In this document: positions 26,816-37,497 of the stretch, piece after piece
How the letters are laid out: every line of letters begins with the position of its first letter
How positions within the stretch are numbered: the first letter of the stretch is position 1
Origin: Methanocella sp.
GTDB taxonomy: Archaea; Thermoproteota; Bathyarchaeia; Bathyarchaeales; Bathycorpusculaceae
NCBI GenBank assembly: GCA_050261115.1
Contig: JBLNCY010000010.1
Location: forward strand, 96,001 to 160,000
Length of the DNA stretch: 64,000 nucleotides
Direction of reading: 5' to 3'
Made by a program: the position numbers and the translations under genes
The notes under the pieces: model-generated
The model's database searches: none
Told to the model about the DNA's origin: nothing
Seen by the model: only the letters and a program-made list of their open reading frames with translations

Positions 26816-27490
26816 TTAGGCAAACAAGGTCTTACTGCCCGATCCTTGAGTGTCCTTTTCAGTTATCGCTTGACAAATAACGTCTGCCATTATCTTTGCG
26901 CCCTCCCCGTTTGGATGCACGCCGTCAAAGAAGTAACTGCGATCGGTTAAAGCAGAAAACAAGTCAATCACACAAAAATGCAGTTCTTCTGCTGTCTGCT
27001 CAATGGCAGGAATAACTTCTTTGATAAGCACTTCCCCACTTAAGCCGCCCCACTCACTAAATATCGGTGGTGGCTTAACCAGATATACCAAAGCTTCACT
27101 TGCCGACGCCTTTAGGTCCTCAATAAGCGTCAAGAGATCTGTCTTCAAGGTTACCTGCGAAGGGTCGCTGGCTGAGTTAGCGTCGTTTGTTCCCAACATA
27201 ATTACAGCAATATTGGGCTGAAAACGTTTTGCTTGGTCGAATGCTTCACTATACTTGTATGGGTACTCTGAGTTCAGTGAGACGGTTGTGCCGCATGCAC
27301 CAAAGTTCCCTACCTCATAACGCGAGCCAAGCGCCTTCTCGGCGAGTTCGGGGTATCCGCTGAGTTCGGTTATGCTGTCGCCTATGCAGGCTACTTTTAT
27401 TTTCTCTGTGGGGGATTTGTTTAGCTGTGTTTTGGTTGTTGCTTTGGCTGTCGGCATATCGGTGTCAATTAGTATTTGTGTGGTCTGCAT
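26816..27490 (-). CDS. GDSL/SGNH esterase
   Basis: IGDSIT, GNFG, MLGTND and DGVHP motifs. Confidence 0.85.
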   Translation of the reverse strand: MQTTQILIDTDMPTAKATTKTQLNKSPTEKIKVACIGDSITELSGYPELAEKALGSRYEVGNFGACGTTVSLNSEYPYKYSEAFDQAKRFQPNIAVIMLGTNDANSASDPSQVTLKTDLLTLIEDLKASASEALVYLVKPPPIFSEWGGLSGEVLIKEVIPAIEQTAEELHFCVIDLFSALTDRSYFFDGVHPNGEGAKIMADVICQAITEKDTQGSGSKTLFA

Positions 27491-27777
27491 TTAAGTCCTA
27501 TTCGGTAGCAGCAAAGCTACTGTTGTAGCTGGGTGCGTCTTGGCGTTTTATGGTCTATGCTAAACGCTTGGCAACGTAAGCAGAGCGCGTTGGTTATCGG
27601 CATGTTGTTAGGCATATTTAATTATATGTCAAAGATCAACCTTTTGTCTGCCAACCACAGGAGCCGTTATAAAGCAGGCTGATATCAAGCTAAAGCAATC
27701 AAATGCGGATTTAAGCACAAACCAAAACTAAAGGTTTAAAGGCAACGCATATGCTTATTGTGCAAAAGGTGTAAAAT

Positions 27778-27939
27778 ATGCCAACTCACGGTTCACTCTC
27801 AAAAGCAGGGAAAGTCCGTTCTCAGACGCCCAAAGTAGAGGCAAAACAGAGAACATCTCCAAGCCCCAAAAACCGAAGCAGACGCAACTACGAAAAACGC
27901 GTAGTTCTGCAACGGAAAGCGGGCCAAAACTGGATGTAA
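27778..27939 (+). CDS. rps30e: 30S ribosomal protein S30e (below the ORF-track cutoff)
   Basis: MPTHGSLSKAGKVRSQTPKVEAK...RRNYEKR; TTTAAA box upstream. Confidence 0.95.
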   Translation: MPTHGSLSKAGKVRSQTPKVEAKQRTSPSPKNRSRRNYEKRVVLQRKAGQNWM

Positions 27940-28025
27940 ACCCCACACTTTTTCCCCACATAACCCAACATTTCACAGCTTACTTTATTTATTCGTTAAC
28001 TCAAACCTACGATAGGTACCGCCAT

Positions 28026-29618
28026 TTGACATACAACACTGCCCTGCGAGAAATCATCACGACCCTACTTGCAATGGATAACCCCACCCGTAACGACGTA
28101 AACAAACTAAAAATCAAAACCGCAGGCAAATACCACCTCGACAAGGTCCCCTCAAGCGCAGACATAATCAGCCAACTCACCCCCCAAGAAGCAAAACAAC
28201 TCATACCCATTCTAAAACGCAAAGTTACACGCACCATAAGCGGTGTAACCGTCGTCGCAACTATGACAAAACCCTACCCTTGCCCACAACCCGAACCCTG
28301 CGCCTACTGCCCCGGCGGCCCAACCCTGGGCTCCCCACAGAGCTACACAGGCCATGAACCAGCCGCCATGCGAGGCTCACAGAACAATTTCGATCCCTAT
28401 GAGCAGGTCATGAGCCGCATAAACCAGCTAACACAGATTGGGCACAAAGTCGATAAAATCGAGTTAATCGTAATGGGCGGTACCTTTCCGGCGACGCCAA
28501 TTGAGTATCAGACGTGGTTTATTCAACGCTGCCTTGACGCAATCACCCAAAAAACCTCCACTAGCATGGAAGAGGCTATGGCAAACGCGGAGGTCAGTCA
28601 AATTCGCAATGTCGGTATAACGGTTGAAACTCGGCCTGATTGGTGCAAGCAATCTCATGTCGACGCTATGTTGGGTATGGGTGTTACCCGTATAGAGTTG
28701 GGTGTGCAGAATCCGAGTGACGAAGTCTATCGGCTTGTTGGTAGAACCCATACTGTTTCAGATGTGATAGAGGCTACTCGGATCGCTAAGGATGCGGGGT
28801 TGAAGATTGTTTATCATATGATGCCTGGCATGCCTGGCTCCAACCCACAACGGGACCTTGAGGCCTTCAACCGCATCTTCACTGACCCCGCTTTCAAGCC
28901 GGATATGATAAAGATTTACCCTTGCCTCGCCATCGACGGCACCAAAGCCTACCAATGGTACAAAGAAGGCACATACCAGCCCTACAGCACTGAGCAGGCT
29001 GCCGAAATCATAGCGGAAATCAAAAAAACCATCCCCCAATGGGTACGCGTCATGCGTGTCCAACGCGACATCCCAGCACGGCTAATCCTCTCAGGTGTAA
29101 AGAAAAGCAACCTTCGCGAATTAGCCCAGCAGAAACTCGCCGAGCACGGCTTGCGATGTCGGTGTATTAGGTGCCGTGAGGTGGGCCATCGCCTACAGGT
29201 TGACCGCGTAAAGCCCGACTTAGGTAAGGTTGAGATTCGAACCCAAAGATACGACGCCTCTGAGGGCCAAGAATTCTTCATCTCAGCCGAAGACCCCGAA
29301 AACGACGTGCTCTTGGGATACTTGCGCATGCGCATACCCTCCGCAAAAGCACACCGCCCCGAAATCACCCAAGTTCGCTCTGCAGTAGTGCGGGAGTTGC
29401 ACGTTTATGGTCAGTTGGTGCCGGTGGGTAAGCGTGAAGACAGCGCAGTGCAGCACCGCGGCTACGGCAAAGACCTTCTCTTGGAGGCGGAGCGTATAGC
29501 GGGTGAGGAGTTTGGGCTGGAAAAGCTTTTAGTCATTAGTGCATTAGGAACAAGGCGGTACTACATGCGCCACGGTTATGGGCGTGATGGAGTTTACGTT
29601 TCAAAAAGGCTGAAATAG
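28026..29618 (+). CDS. elp3: Elp3 tRNA U34 modification enzyme (radical SAM + GNAT)
   Basis: RTISGV, CPQPEPCAYCPGG, MGGTF, ETRPD, KIYP and RELHVYG...QHRGYG motifs. Confidence 0.95.
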   Translation: MTYNTALREIITTLLAMDNPTRNDVNKLKIKTAGKYHLDKVPSSADIISQLTPQEAKQLIPILKRKVTRTISGVTVVATMTKPYPCPQPEPCAYCPGGPTLGSPQSYTGHEPAAMRGSQNNFDPYEQVMSRINQLTQIGHKVDKIELIVMGGTFPATPIEYQTWFIQRCLDAITQKTSTSMEEAMANAEVSQIRNVGITVETRPDWCKQSHVDAMLGMGVTRIELGVQNPSDEVYRLVGRTHTVSDVIEATRIAKDAGLKIVYHMMPGMPGSNPQRDLEAFNRIFTDPAFKPDMIKIYPCLAIDGTKAYQWYKEGTYQPYSTEQAAEIIAEIKKTIPQWVRVMRVQRDIPARLILSGVKKSNLRELAQQKLAEHGLRCRCIRCREVGHRLQVDRVKPDLGKVEIRTQRYDASEGQEFFISAEDPENDVLLGYLRMRIPSAKAHRPEITQVRSAVVRELHVYGQLVPVGKREDSAVQHRGYGKDLLLEAERIAGEEFGLEKLLVISALGTRRYYMRHGYGRDGVYVSKRLK

Positions 29619-29620
29619 GC

Positions 29621-30964
29621 ATGAGTGAACTTGAAGCATACGGCTACAAAGGCCACGCACTCCAGTTACTAAAAGCGGCAGACTGCAGCGTCGGCGATAT
29701 TCTTAGAGTTACAAGTAAAGGCAAAACCTACGAGGGCATCCTGATTCCCCGCTTTGGCGAAAGCCAAGCCATCATTATCAAGATGAAAAGCGGCTACAAC
29801 ATCGGCATTCAAGCCACCCCAGACGTAAATGTGGAAAAAATCGGCAAGGGAACCGCGCCAAAGTTTGAATCGCCCCCCCTGCCCAAACAAAACCCCGCCC
29901 TGCCACATGTGGTTATTATGAGTACAGGCGGAACCATCGCTAGCCGCGTAGACTACCGCACCGGCGCCGTCCGCAGCGCGATGTCTGCAAGTGACCTCTA
30001 TGGTGTTGTGCCCGAATTAGCCGACCTCGCCAGAGTCGACACGGAATTCGTGTTTAGCATCTACAGCGAGAACCTTCGCCAGCAAGACTGGACGGAGCTA
30101 GCTAAAAAAGTTGCAGAGCGAATCGAAGCAGGCGTAGACGGAGTCGTCATCGCGCACGGCACCGACACCATGGGCTACACCTCCGCCGCGCTAAGCTTTG
30201 CCCTCCAGAACCTCTCAGTCCCTGTCATACTTGTTGGCGCACAGCGATCCTCCGACCGACCCAGCAGCGACGCCGCCACCAACCTCATCGGCGCAGTCAA
30301 AGCCGCCGGAGAAGCCCCCTTTGCCGAAGTCGGCTTAGCCATGCATGAAAACCCTTCTGACACCACCATCGCGATCCATCGGGGTACCAAAGTGCGCAAG
30401 TGCCACACCAGTCGCCGAGATACCTTCAAATCCATAAACGGCTTTCCCATCGCTCGCGTAGAGAACCTTAAGGTCTCCATGGCCACCGACAGCTACCAAA
30501 AACGGGATCCCAACCGCAAGCTAGTGCTCAAACCAGACTTTTGCGACAAAGTCGCACTCGTCAAATTCTACCCAGGACTTGACCCCGCAGTCATCGACTT
30601 CTATGTCGAGCGCGGTTTTAGAGGTATTTTGCTGGAGGGCACAGGTTTGGGGCATGTGAGTAAGTTCTGTTTCGAAGCAATCCAACGCGCCATAGCAAAG
30701 GGCGTGGTGGTTGCGTTGGTCTCGCAGTGCATATGGGGGCGCGTAGACATGAACGTTTACGATACAGGTCGTGACCTGCTAAGTTTCGGTGTTATTCCCT
30801 TGGAGGATATGTTCCCAGAAACTGGTTTAGTGAAGCTCATGTGGGTGCTTGGGCAAACCACCGACCCCAAAGAAGCCGCACAGCTAATGCAGACAAATAT
30901 TGCAGGCGAAATCTCACCACGCACACTTCCACAGGATAAAGTAACGGTAGGAGGAAAACAGTAA
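29621..30964 (+). CDS. gatD: Glu-tRNA(Gln) amidotransferase subunit D
   Basis: KMKSGYNIG, TGGTIASRVDY, HGTDT and QRSSDRPSSD motifs. Confidence 0.95.
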   Translation: MSELEAYGYKGHALQLLKAADCSVGDILRVTSKGKTYEGILIPRFGESQAIIIKMKSGYNIGIQATPDVNVEKIGKGTAPKFESPPLPKQNPALPHVVIMSTGGTIASRVDYRTGAVRSAMSASDLYGVVPELADLARVDTEFVFSIYSENLRQQDWTELAKKVAERIEAGVDGVVIAHGTDTMGYTSAALSFALQNLSVPVILVGAQRSSDRPSSDAATNLIGAVKAAGEAPFAEVGLAMHENPSDTTIAIHRGTKVRKCHTSRRDTFKSINGFPIARVENLKVSMATDSYQKRDPNRKLVLKPDFCDKVALVKFYPGLDPAVIDFYVERGFRGILLEGTGLGHVSKFCFEAIQRAIAKGVVVALVSQCIWGRVDMNVYDTGRDLLSFGVIPLEDMFPETGLVKLMWVLGQTTDPKEAAQLMQTNIAGEISPRTLPQDKVTVGGKQ

Positions 30965-32862
30965 TGGCGATTGACTATGCGAAAGTCGGTTTAAAATGCG
31001 GACTTGAAATCCACCAACAACTAAACGTCGGTAGCAAACTCTTCTGCAGCTGCCCACCCGAGCTCTTTAAAGAAGACCCCGAAATCACCTTCCTACGCCG
31101 CCTACGCCCAACCCAAAGCGAACTCGGTCAGGTGGATCCAGCGGCGTACTTTGAGTTCCAGAAGGGCGTAAAAATACTATACGAAGCAAACCACAAAAGC
31201 AGCTGTCTAGTGGAGATGGACGAGGAACCCCCTCACCCCATCAACATAGATGCAGTAAAAGTTGTTTTGACTGCGGCTTTGATGATGAATATGCAGCCAG
31301 TCGACGAAGTGCACGTAATGCGCAAAACCGTCATCGACGGAAGCAACACCACGGGTTTCCAGCGCACCACCATCATAGCCTTGGACGGCTGGATCAAAGT
31401 CGGCGAAAAAGTTATCCCTATTCAAGCCGCCAGCCTCGAGGAGGACGCAGCACGCAAGACCGGCACACAGGATGAGGGCAAAACCATCCGCTACCGAATC
31501 GACCGCCTTGGCATCCCACTTATCGAAGTTGCCACCGCACCGGTGATTTATTCTCCGCAGGAGGCGCAGGAAGTCGCGTTTGCTATCGGAAGAATTCTGC
31601 GAGACACCCAAAAGGTGATGCGTGGACTGGGCACTATCCGCCAAGACCTCAACGTTTCCTTGCCAAACGGCGCCCTAATCGAAATCAAAGGCGTCCAAGA
31701 ACTCGAGTTAATCTCAATAGTAGTCGACTATGAGGTCCAGCGACAACTTAACTTACTTGCAATCAAAGACGAACTCGCCAAGCGTGGCATAACACCCGAC
31801 CAGCTAAAACCACAGTTCGTCGATGTCACAGAGTTATTCAAGGCCACCAAGAGTAAAGTCATTCGTAAAGCAGTCGATAAAAACCAAAAAGTCCTCGCCG
31901 TTAAATTACCTGGCTTCAACGGCTTAACTGGGCGTGAATTGATGCCTAACTTCCGCTTAGGCAGTGAATTATCCGATTATGCAAAGTTCTGGGGACGAGT
32001 CGGCGGCATATTCCATACTGACGAGGTGCTGGCAAACTATGGCATCACTGACGAAGAGGTCAAAGCCTTGCGATCGGCAGTCGGCACTGCTGACGAGGAT
32101 GCCGTTGTTTTTGTTGCAGATACCGCTGAGAACACTCATGACGCGCTCAAAGCAGTGGTTGAACGTGCACAGGTGGCTTGCCAATGTATTCCTCAGGAGA
32201 CCCGAACCGCCAAAGACGACGGCACCACACGCTTCATGCGCCCCCGCCCCGGGGCGGCAAGAATGTACCCCGAAACCGACATTCCACCCCAACCAATCAC
32301 CGAGAACCTAATCGAGGAAGTTAAAGCAAACCTCCCCGAACCAGCAGAAAAGAAACTCGCACGCCTCATCAAACAGTACAATCTAAACGAAAAACTCGCC
32401 AAACAACTCCTCGACTCCGAATACCTCCCCGTCTTCGAAGACGTAGCCAAATTGCCCGGCGTCCAAGCCTCAACAATCGCGGCTTTCCTAACCGAGACAG
32501 TCAAGGCGCTCCAACGCGAAGGCATCCACACCCACCATGTCCCCGAAGAGCAGATTGTGGCTATCTTTAGGGCTGTGGGCGCGGGTGAACTTGCAAAAGA
32601 AGCCCTTGCTGATGTCTTCAGCTGGCTGGCTAAAAACGAAGGAAAAACCTTTGCGGATGCAACTCAGGCGTTGGGTTTGAAGATGTTCACTGAAGCAGAG
32701 TTAGCCCCAATAATTGATCGCATTGTTGCCGTCAATAAGGCGCAGATTGAGCGGCTGGGCAAGAACGCATTTGGGCTGCTTATGGGTGCTGCCATGAAGG
32801 AAGTGCGTGGTAAAGCCAGCCCAGATCTTGTGGGCAGGATGCTGCGTGAACGCCTCCCATAA
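30964..32862 (+). CDS. gatE: Glu-tRNA(Gln) amidotransferase subunit E
   Basis: GLEIHQQL, DEEPPH, IDGSNTTGFQRT and RPGAARMYPETD motifs. Confidence 0.95.
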   Translation: MAIDYAKVGLKCGLEIHQQLNVGSKLFCSCPPELFKEDPEITFLRRLRPTQSELGQVDPAAYFEFQKGVKILYEANHKSSCLVEMDEEPPHPINIDAVKVVLTAALMMNMQPVDEVHVMRKTVIDGSNTTGFQRTTIIALDGWIKVGEKVIPIQAASLEEDAARKTGTQDEGKTIRYRIDRLGIPLIEVATAPVIYSPQEAQEVAFAIGRILRDTQKVMRGLGTIRQDLNVSLPNGALIEIKGVQELELISIVVDYEVQRQLNLLAIKDELAKRGITPDQLKPQFVDVTELFKATKSKVIRKAVDKNQKVLAVKLPGFNGLTGRELMPNFRLGSELSDYAKFWGRVGGIFHTDEVLANYGITDEEVKALRSAVGTADEDAVVFVADTAENTHDALKAVVERAQVACQCIPQETRTAKDDGTTRFMRPRPGAARMYPETDIPPQPITENLIEEVKANLPEPAEKKLARLIKQYNLNEKLAKQLLDSEYLPVFEDVAKLPGVQASTIAAFLTETVKALQREGIHTHHVPEEQIVAIFRAVGAGELAKEALADVFSWLAKNEGKTFADATQALGLKMFTEAELAPIIDRIVAVNKAQIERLGKNAFGLLMGAAMKEVRGKASPDLVGRMLRERLP

Positions 32863-32959
32863 TCGCCGTCCTCTCTTTTTTGTTTTTTCTGTTTTTGCGT
32901 TAATGCTGTCATAAACTCTAAAAAGCTTAAAACCGCATATAGCCCTTGAGGAGCAGACG

Positions 32960-33433
32960 TTGAAGCGCATTGAAGCCCGCATTAAAACCTCGTTTGGCGA
33001 AGTTGTTATCGAAGGAGATCAGCCCCAAGACATCCTTGACATGCTAAACAACATACCTGAGAACTTTACTGAGAGGCTTTCAGATTTCGTCTCAAACAGG
33101 CTTACGCCTTCAGGTGCCCAGCTTAAGGGCATTATTGAACCAACCACCGAGGGCCCCGTTATTGTAACACGGGAGAATTTGACTCACTACGAGGCTGTAG
33201 GCTTAGTGCTATATGCATCCGATGATAAACGAAACACAGCCGCGCAGATACAGAAGCTGCTTGAGTCAAGCGGCATAAAAAGCATGGTTCCAGCGCGCCT
33301 AAACGAGATGACCAAGCGTGCCCAAGTGTTCAAGCCGGATCCCAACAAGCCCGAGTTCAAGCTTACCATTCAGGGAGAGAAGTGGATTGAGGAAGAAGTG
33401 CTGCCTAAACTGAGGAGCAAAATGGGCGGCTAG
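32960..33433 (+). CDS. Hypothetical protein, possible C-terminal winged helix
   Basis: 157-aa ORF; ARLNEM...VFK...FKLTIQGEKW resembles a wing. Confidence 0.6.
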   Translation: MKRIEARIKTSFGEVVIEGDQPQDILDMLNNIPENFTERLSDFVSNRLTPSGAQLKGIIEPTTEGPVIVTRENLTHYEAVGLVLYASDDKRNTAAQIQKLLESSGIKSMVPARLNEMTKRAQVFKPDPNKPEFKLTIQGEKWIEEEVLPKLRSKMGG

Positions 33434-33501
33434 CACCGAAGCAAGCGCTGGTTGGAAAGGTATATTACAGCCTAGCCTAGACTATTTTTGAGGGAAAAAA
33501 C

Positions 33502-33756
33502 ATGAATCCTTCTCTTTTCATGATGGTAGTCTACTCTATACTTGACAGCCTCGGACTTGGTGGCATCGACTGGGTTTTTCTTTTTATCCTTGTCATCATC
33601 GGTTTAGTCATCATTGTTCTCCTTAAGCTGTTCTTAGTGCTTATACCGGCGATTCTGGTGGCGATCTTAGTTTGGTTCTTAACTGGCGGCGACTTATTCT
33701 GGGCAGGCGTAGCTTTCCTAGTGGTAGCCTTGTTGTCATTAATATCAAAACTCTAA
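33502..33756 (+). CDS. Small hydrophobic membrane protein
   Basis: About 3 TM segments; upstream TATA and GAGG. Confidence 0.6.
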   Translation: MNPSLFMMVVYSILDSLGLGGIDWVFLFILVIIGLVIIVLLKLFLVLIPAILVAILVWFLTGGDLFWAGVAFLVVALLSLISKL

Positions 33757-33920
33757 TTTCTACACCCTTTTCTTCCCAACCGCTTGTTAAAACTTAGCGC
33801 ATTTTCTACCAGAAACAGTTTTGCAACCACTAATTATTTATTCCGCAAATATGTAGCTCCAGCCTTCAAATAACCTGCAACCATCCAGATATGCCCCGCT
33901 GTCATCGACGGTTGTTGAAA

Positions 33921-33958
33921 AGTCCATATATAAGGGGCGGAGTCTATTGCAGAGCAAC
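33921..33958 (+). repeat. Dispersed intergenic repeat, copy 4
   Basis: AGTCCATATATAAGGGGCGGAGTCTATTGCAGAGCAAC. Confidence 0.6.
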
Positions 33959-33965
33959 AAGGTCC

Positions 33966-34916
33966 TCAATGTTGGATTTTTACAACCGTATTCTTAGCTG
34001 ATGACTCCATAGCCGCCGTTGCAATCTCAAGCGCTTTAACGCCATCTTCGCCGGTTACAATGGGTTTTGCTTTTTTGTTTATGCAATCCACGAAGTGCTG
34101 AAGTTCGGCTTTAAGCGGCTCTTGGAATGGTAGTCTGGGCTGTACAGTCTGAGTTTTTTCTTCAATCCAGATGTCCTGCGTGTTATAGTCAAGCCGCATT
34201 ATAGCGTCGGTGCCCGTGGCGATCAATGTGCGGGTTTTGTAGGGCGTTAGCCAATTGGATTCAATAAATGCGGTTGCGCCGTTTTCGTAGGTGAGCATTA
34301 TCTGGGCGTAGTCTTCGAATTTCTGGATACGTTTGCTGCCCATCTTTGCATAAATACTAATGGGGTCCTGTTCAAATATGAAGCGCATAACGTCAATGTC
34401 ATGAATCGCAGTGTCCTTGACCACACCAACATCGCCTATACGTTCAGGCCACTGCGAGACGCGTTTAGCGGTAACGGAAACTAACTCGCCGATTTTTCGA
34501 TTCTCAACTGATTGGCGAATAAGCTGTAAGCCTGGAATGAAGCGCATTAAGAAGCCAACAGTTAGGTGTAAGTCGGTTTCCTGCGCCGTCTTAACCAACT
34601 GACGGGCCTGATCGGGGGTTGTTGACATGGGTTTCTCCACAAGCACATGCTTACCCGCGTTTAGAGCCTTCATGGCTTCCTGAAACAGAATGGTGGACCA
34701 TGTGCATACGTTGACGGCTTGGATGGATTTGTCCTTAAACATCTCTGCACTGTCACTATAGGCTTTAACGCCATACTGGTCTGCCATGGCTTTTGCTCGT
34801 TCAGCGTTAACATCACATACAGCGACAAGTTCTACTGAGGGAAGTTCTTTATAGACACGTGCATGGTTTTTGCCCCACTGCCCGGTTCCGATAACTGCAA
34901 CGCCAATTTTAGACAT
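33966..34916 (-). CDS. Gfo/Idh/MocA oxidoreductase (UDP-GlcNAc 3-dehydrogenase-like)
   Basis: VIGTGQWG, VLVEKP, DVGVVKDTAIHDID and SNWLTPYK motifs. Confidence 0.85.
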   Translation of the reverse strand: MSKIGVAVIGTGQWGKNHARVYKELPSVELVAVCDVNAERAKAMADQYGVKAYSDSAEMFKDKSIQAVNVCTWSTILFQEAMKALNAGKHVLVEKPMSTTPDQARQLVKTAQETDLHLTVGFLMRFIPGLQLIRQSVENRKIGELVSVTAKRVSQWPERIGDVGVVKDTAIHDIDVMRFIFEQDPISIYAKMGSKRIQKFEDYAQIMLTYENGATAFIESNWLTPYKTRTLIATGTDAIMRLDYNTQDIWIEEKTQTVQPRLPFQEPLKAELQHFVDCINKKAKPIVTGEDGVKALEIATAAMESSAKNTVVKIQH

Positions 34917-35084
34917 ATAAAGTAACCGTCTTTTTACTTAAAATAACACTTTATCTTCCCTAAGTGTTTTTCCTAAACTACCAAACCAACAATAGATTGC
35001 CCATACACCGGGTAATCTGTTGCACATAGCACCTGTTAATCGCTGGCGTTGGCGTAGCTTTTATTAAGGCAACAGCACCTTAAC

Positions 35085-36155
35085 ATGCCAAACAAGGTGC
35101 CAAAAAGTATGCCCAAAGTCAAAGTAGCATTAATCGGCGTAGGAAACTGCGCCTCATCATTCGTCCAAGGCATCCAATATTACAGCAAACCAGACGCCAA
35201 CCAACAGGGACTCCGCAACCCCACACTTGCAGGCTTAACGCCCAATGATATTGAGGTGGTTGCAGCATTCGATGTTGATAACCGAAAAGTCGGCAAAGAC
35301 CTCTCCGAAGCAATCTTTGCACAACCAAACAACGCCCCAAAAGTCTGCGACGTACCCATCCTCGGCGTTAAAGTTTCCAAAGGTCCCCTTCTAGACGGCG
35401 TCGGGGAATCCACCAAAGCCCTAATTGAAATCAGCAACCAAGCTGACGTAAACGTAGCGCAGGTTTTACTTGCTGCACAAGCAGAAGTAGCCATTTGTTT
35501 ACTTCCAAGCGGCGCAACTAACGCGGCCCGCTTCTACGCAACCCAAGCCATAGCAGCAAACTGCGCCTTTATCAACGCTACACCCACCTTTATCGCAAGC
35601 GAGCCCTCAATAGCCCAACAATTCGAAGACGCAGACCTGCCCTTAGTCGGCGATGATCTTGTTGACCAAATCGGTTCAACCGCACTCCACAAAACACTGC
35701 TAAAACTCCTAAGCGACAGCGGCGTCCACATAAATGAAACCTATCAGCTTGACGTCGGAGGAGGCACCGAATCCGTTGACACAATGGATCGCACACGCGA
35801 CGCCAAACGCATCATCAAAACCGAATCCGTAGAATCATCGTTACCCTATAAAACTCAGGTCGTAGCAGGCTCAACAGACTTTGTGGATTTCCTAAAGAAC
35901 AAACGTGACAGCTACTTCTGGATACAGGGTACCTACTTCTGCAACACGCCGCTCATCATCGACCTCAAATTCCAAACCGTCGATGCACCCAACGCAGGCA
36001 GCGTTCTCTTCGATGTAGTTCGCGCAGTAAAGTTGGCGAAAACCAGAAAGCAGGGCGGCGCTATCGAGGCAGTCTCGGCTTATGGCTTTAAGCATCCGCC
36101 AAAGATGCTGTCTCTTGAAGAGGCAGAAGCTGAATTCAAAAAGTTTGTCGCCTAA
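35085..36155 (+). CDS. ino1: Inositol-3-phosphate synthase
   Basis: IGVGNCASSFVQG, AAFDVD..KVGKD, VGDD, YQLDVGG and DAPNAGS motifs; somewhat divergent. Confidence 0.8.
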   Translation: MPNKVPKSMPKVKVALIGVGNCASSFVQGIQYYSKPDANQQGLRNPTLAGLTPNDIEVVAAFDVDNRKVGKDLSEAIFAQPNNAPKVCDVPILGVKVSKGPLLDGVGESTKALIEISNQADVNVAQVLLAAQAEVAICLLPSGATNAARFYATQAIAANCAFINATPTFIASEPSIAQQFEDADLPLVGDDLVDQIGSTALHKTLLKLLSDSGVHINETYQLDVGGGTESVDTMDRTRDAKRIIKTESVESSLPYKTQVVAGSTDFVDFLKNKRDSYFWIQGTYFCNTPLIIDLKFQTVDAPNAGSVLFDVVRAVKLAKTRKQGGAIEAVSAYGFKHPPKMLSLEEAEAEFKKFVA

Positions 36156-36290
36156 CTCCCTCTTTAGCCGCAAACAACATTTTCCTTTATTTCCCTTTTA
36201 CTTTTGATATTATTCGAACCGTTCCCTCTTGGAATCCTCAAATGGTGATTTAAGCACTAAAAATAGAGAGAAAGGGACAATTGGTCTTAG

Positions 36291-37397
36291 TTAAAGCGTG
36301 TCGAGTTCCGCAAGTATCTTGCCTTTAACGCCGTTCTCTTTTAGGGTGTCCTTTAGGAAGTCGATGCATTTGACGGGCGTGGGGTCTTGCTTACGGGTTA
36401 CGGCATAGTATACGCTGATAAAATCGCCTATCACTATGGTCGAAATTATTTTTGCAAGAGCGCTTTGGCCCTGTACATGCAAGTCAAACATGATTAGACC
36501 CCGCTGCTCCATGATGGCTTTAGTTGTATCTATGCGGCTTTCGATTTCTATGGGTTCATTGTCTACGTCGCGGATGAATATGACTGAGAAGTATCTGTTT
36601 AGTTCGCCGCTGGTTTGCCAACCTACAATCTCGTTATGATTCAACTCTGGGAAGTATTCCCATTTAGCCGGTGTCTTGCTGTTCTCGTTGAACTGTTGCT
36701 TGAATCTTTGAGCAACAGCCCTGTAAATGCCAAACCCATAGACGGTTGGTGCAGCGTCGCCGATGTGCTGAGCTATTTCTTTGGCGGGGCTATCACACCA
36801 CTGTTTATCGATTCCGTTTTCAGCACAAACCTTGTCAAGCAACACAAACGTCTCCTCAAGCTCTTCTGTTACCCCTCCAATTAAACCGACCTTCTCGAAA
36901 AGTATCAAGAGCGGCACAAGCATGTATGGGAGTGCTGCGCGAGGCGGCATTCCCCCTGGAACCTGCACGTAGGGTATCTTCTGTTTTCTTGCGTATTTTG
37001 CAAGTGAACCTCCACTGGTTACACAAAAAATCATGCAGCCTCTCCGTAAAGCGTCAAGAAACGCACTCAACGTTTCTTCCGTTTCACCAGAGTAACTCAT
37101 CGCTAAAACCAGCGTCTTCTTTCCCACGTACGCTGGAAGCTGATAATCTCGACAAACCTCTATGGGCACGGAAAGCTTGTCTTTAACGTAGTCTTTGAGT
37201 ATGTCGCCGCCTATAGCGGAGCCGCCCATACCGATAACTACTATGTTGTCTGGTGCTGCAAATTTAACTTTGACTTTTTGTGCTATTTCGGCGGCGGCTC
37301 GATAATGTTTAGGTGCATCGATGCAAAAATTTAGCATGCCATTTTTGTCGATCGCACGGATTTTTTCTGCGTCATTCAAAACTGATGTGGTGGTCAC
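36291..37397 (-). CDS. Bifunctional phosphoglucose/phosphomannose isomerase
   Basis: GMGGSAIGGD, SYSGETEET, PRAA, QFNENSK and PELNHNEI motifs; start placed at GTG 37397. Confidence 0.9.
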   Translation of the reverse strand: MTTTSVLNDAEKIRAIDKNGMLNFCIDAPKHYRAAAEIAQKVKVKFAAPDNIVVIGMGGSAIGGDILKDYVKDKLSVPIEVCRDYQLPAYVGKKTLVLAMSYSGETEETLSAFLDALRRGCMIFCVTSGGSLAKYARKQKIPYVQVPGGMPPRAALPYMLVPLLILFEKVGLIGGVTEELEETFVLLDKVCAENGIDKQWCDSPAKEIAQHIGDAAPTVYGFGIYRAVAQRFKQQFNENSKTPAKWEYFPELNHNEIVGWQTSGELNRYFSVIFIRDVDNEPIEIESRIDTTKAIMEQRGLIMFDLHVQGQSALAKIISTIVIGDFISVYYAVTRKQDPTPVKCIDFLKDTLKENGVKGKILAELDTL

Positions 37398-37497
37398 GAT
37401 AGGCCTCCTTGTTTGACCCGCATTTTTATATCTCAACACGTCCTTTTAAGCAAAGCGCAGTAGCAATACATAGTATATAAGCGCAGGTAAGTAAACT

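Noticed and set aside
27755-27976. 73-aa minus-strand ORF
   Set aside because: It is antisense to rps30e
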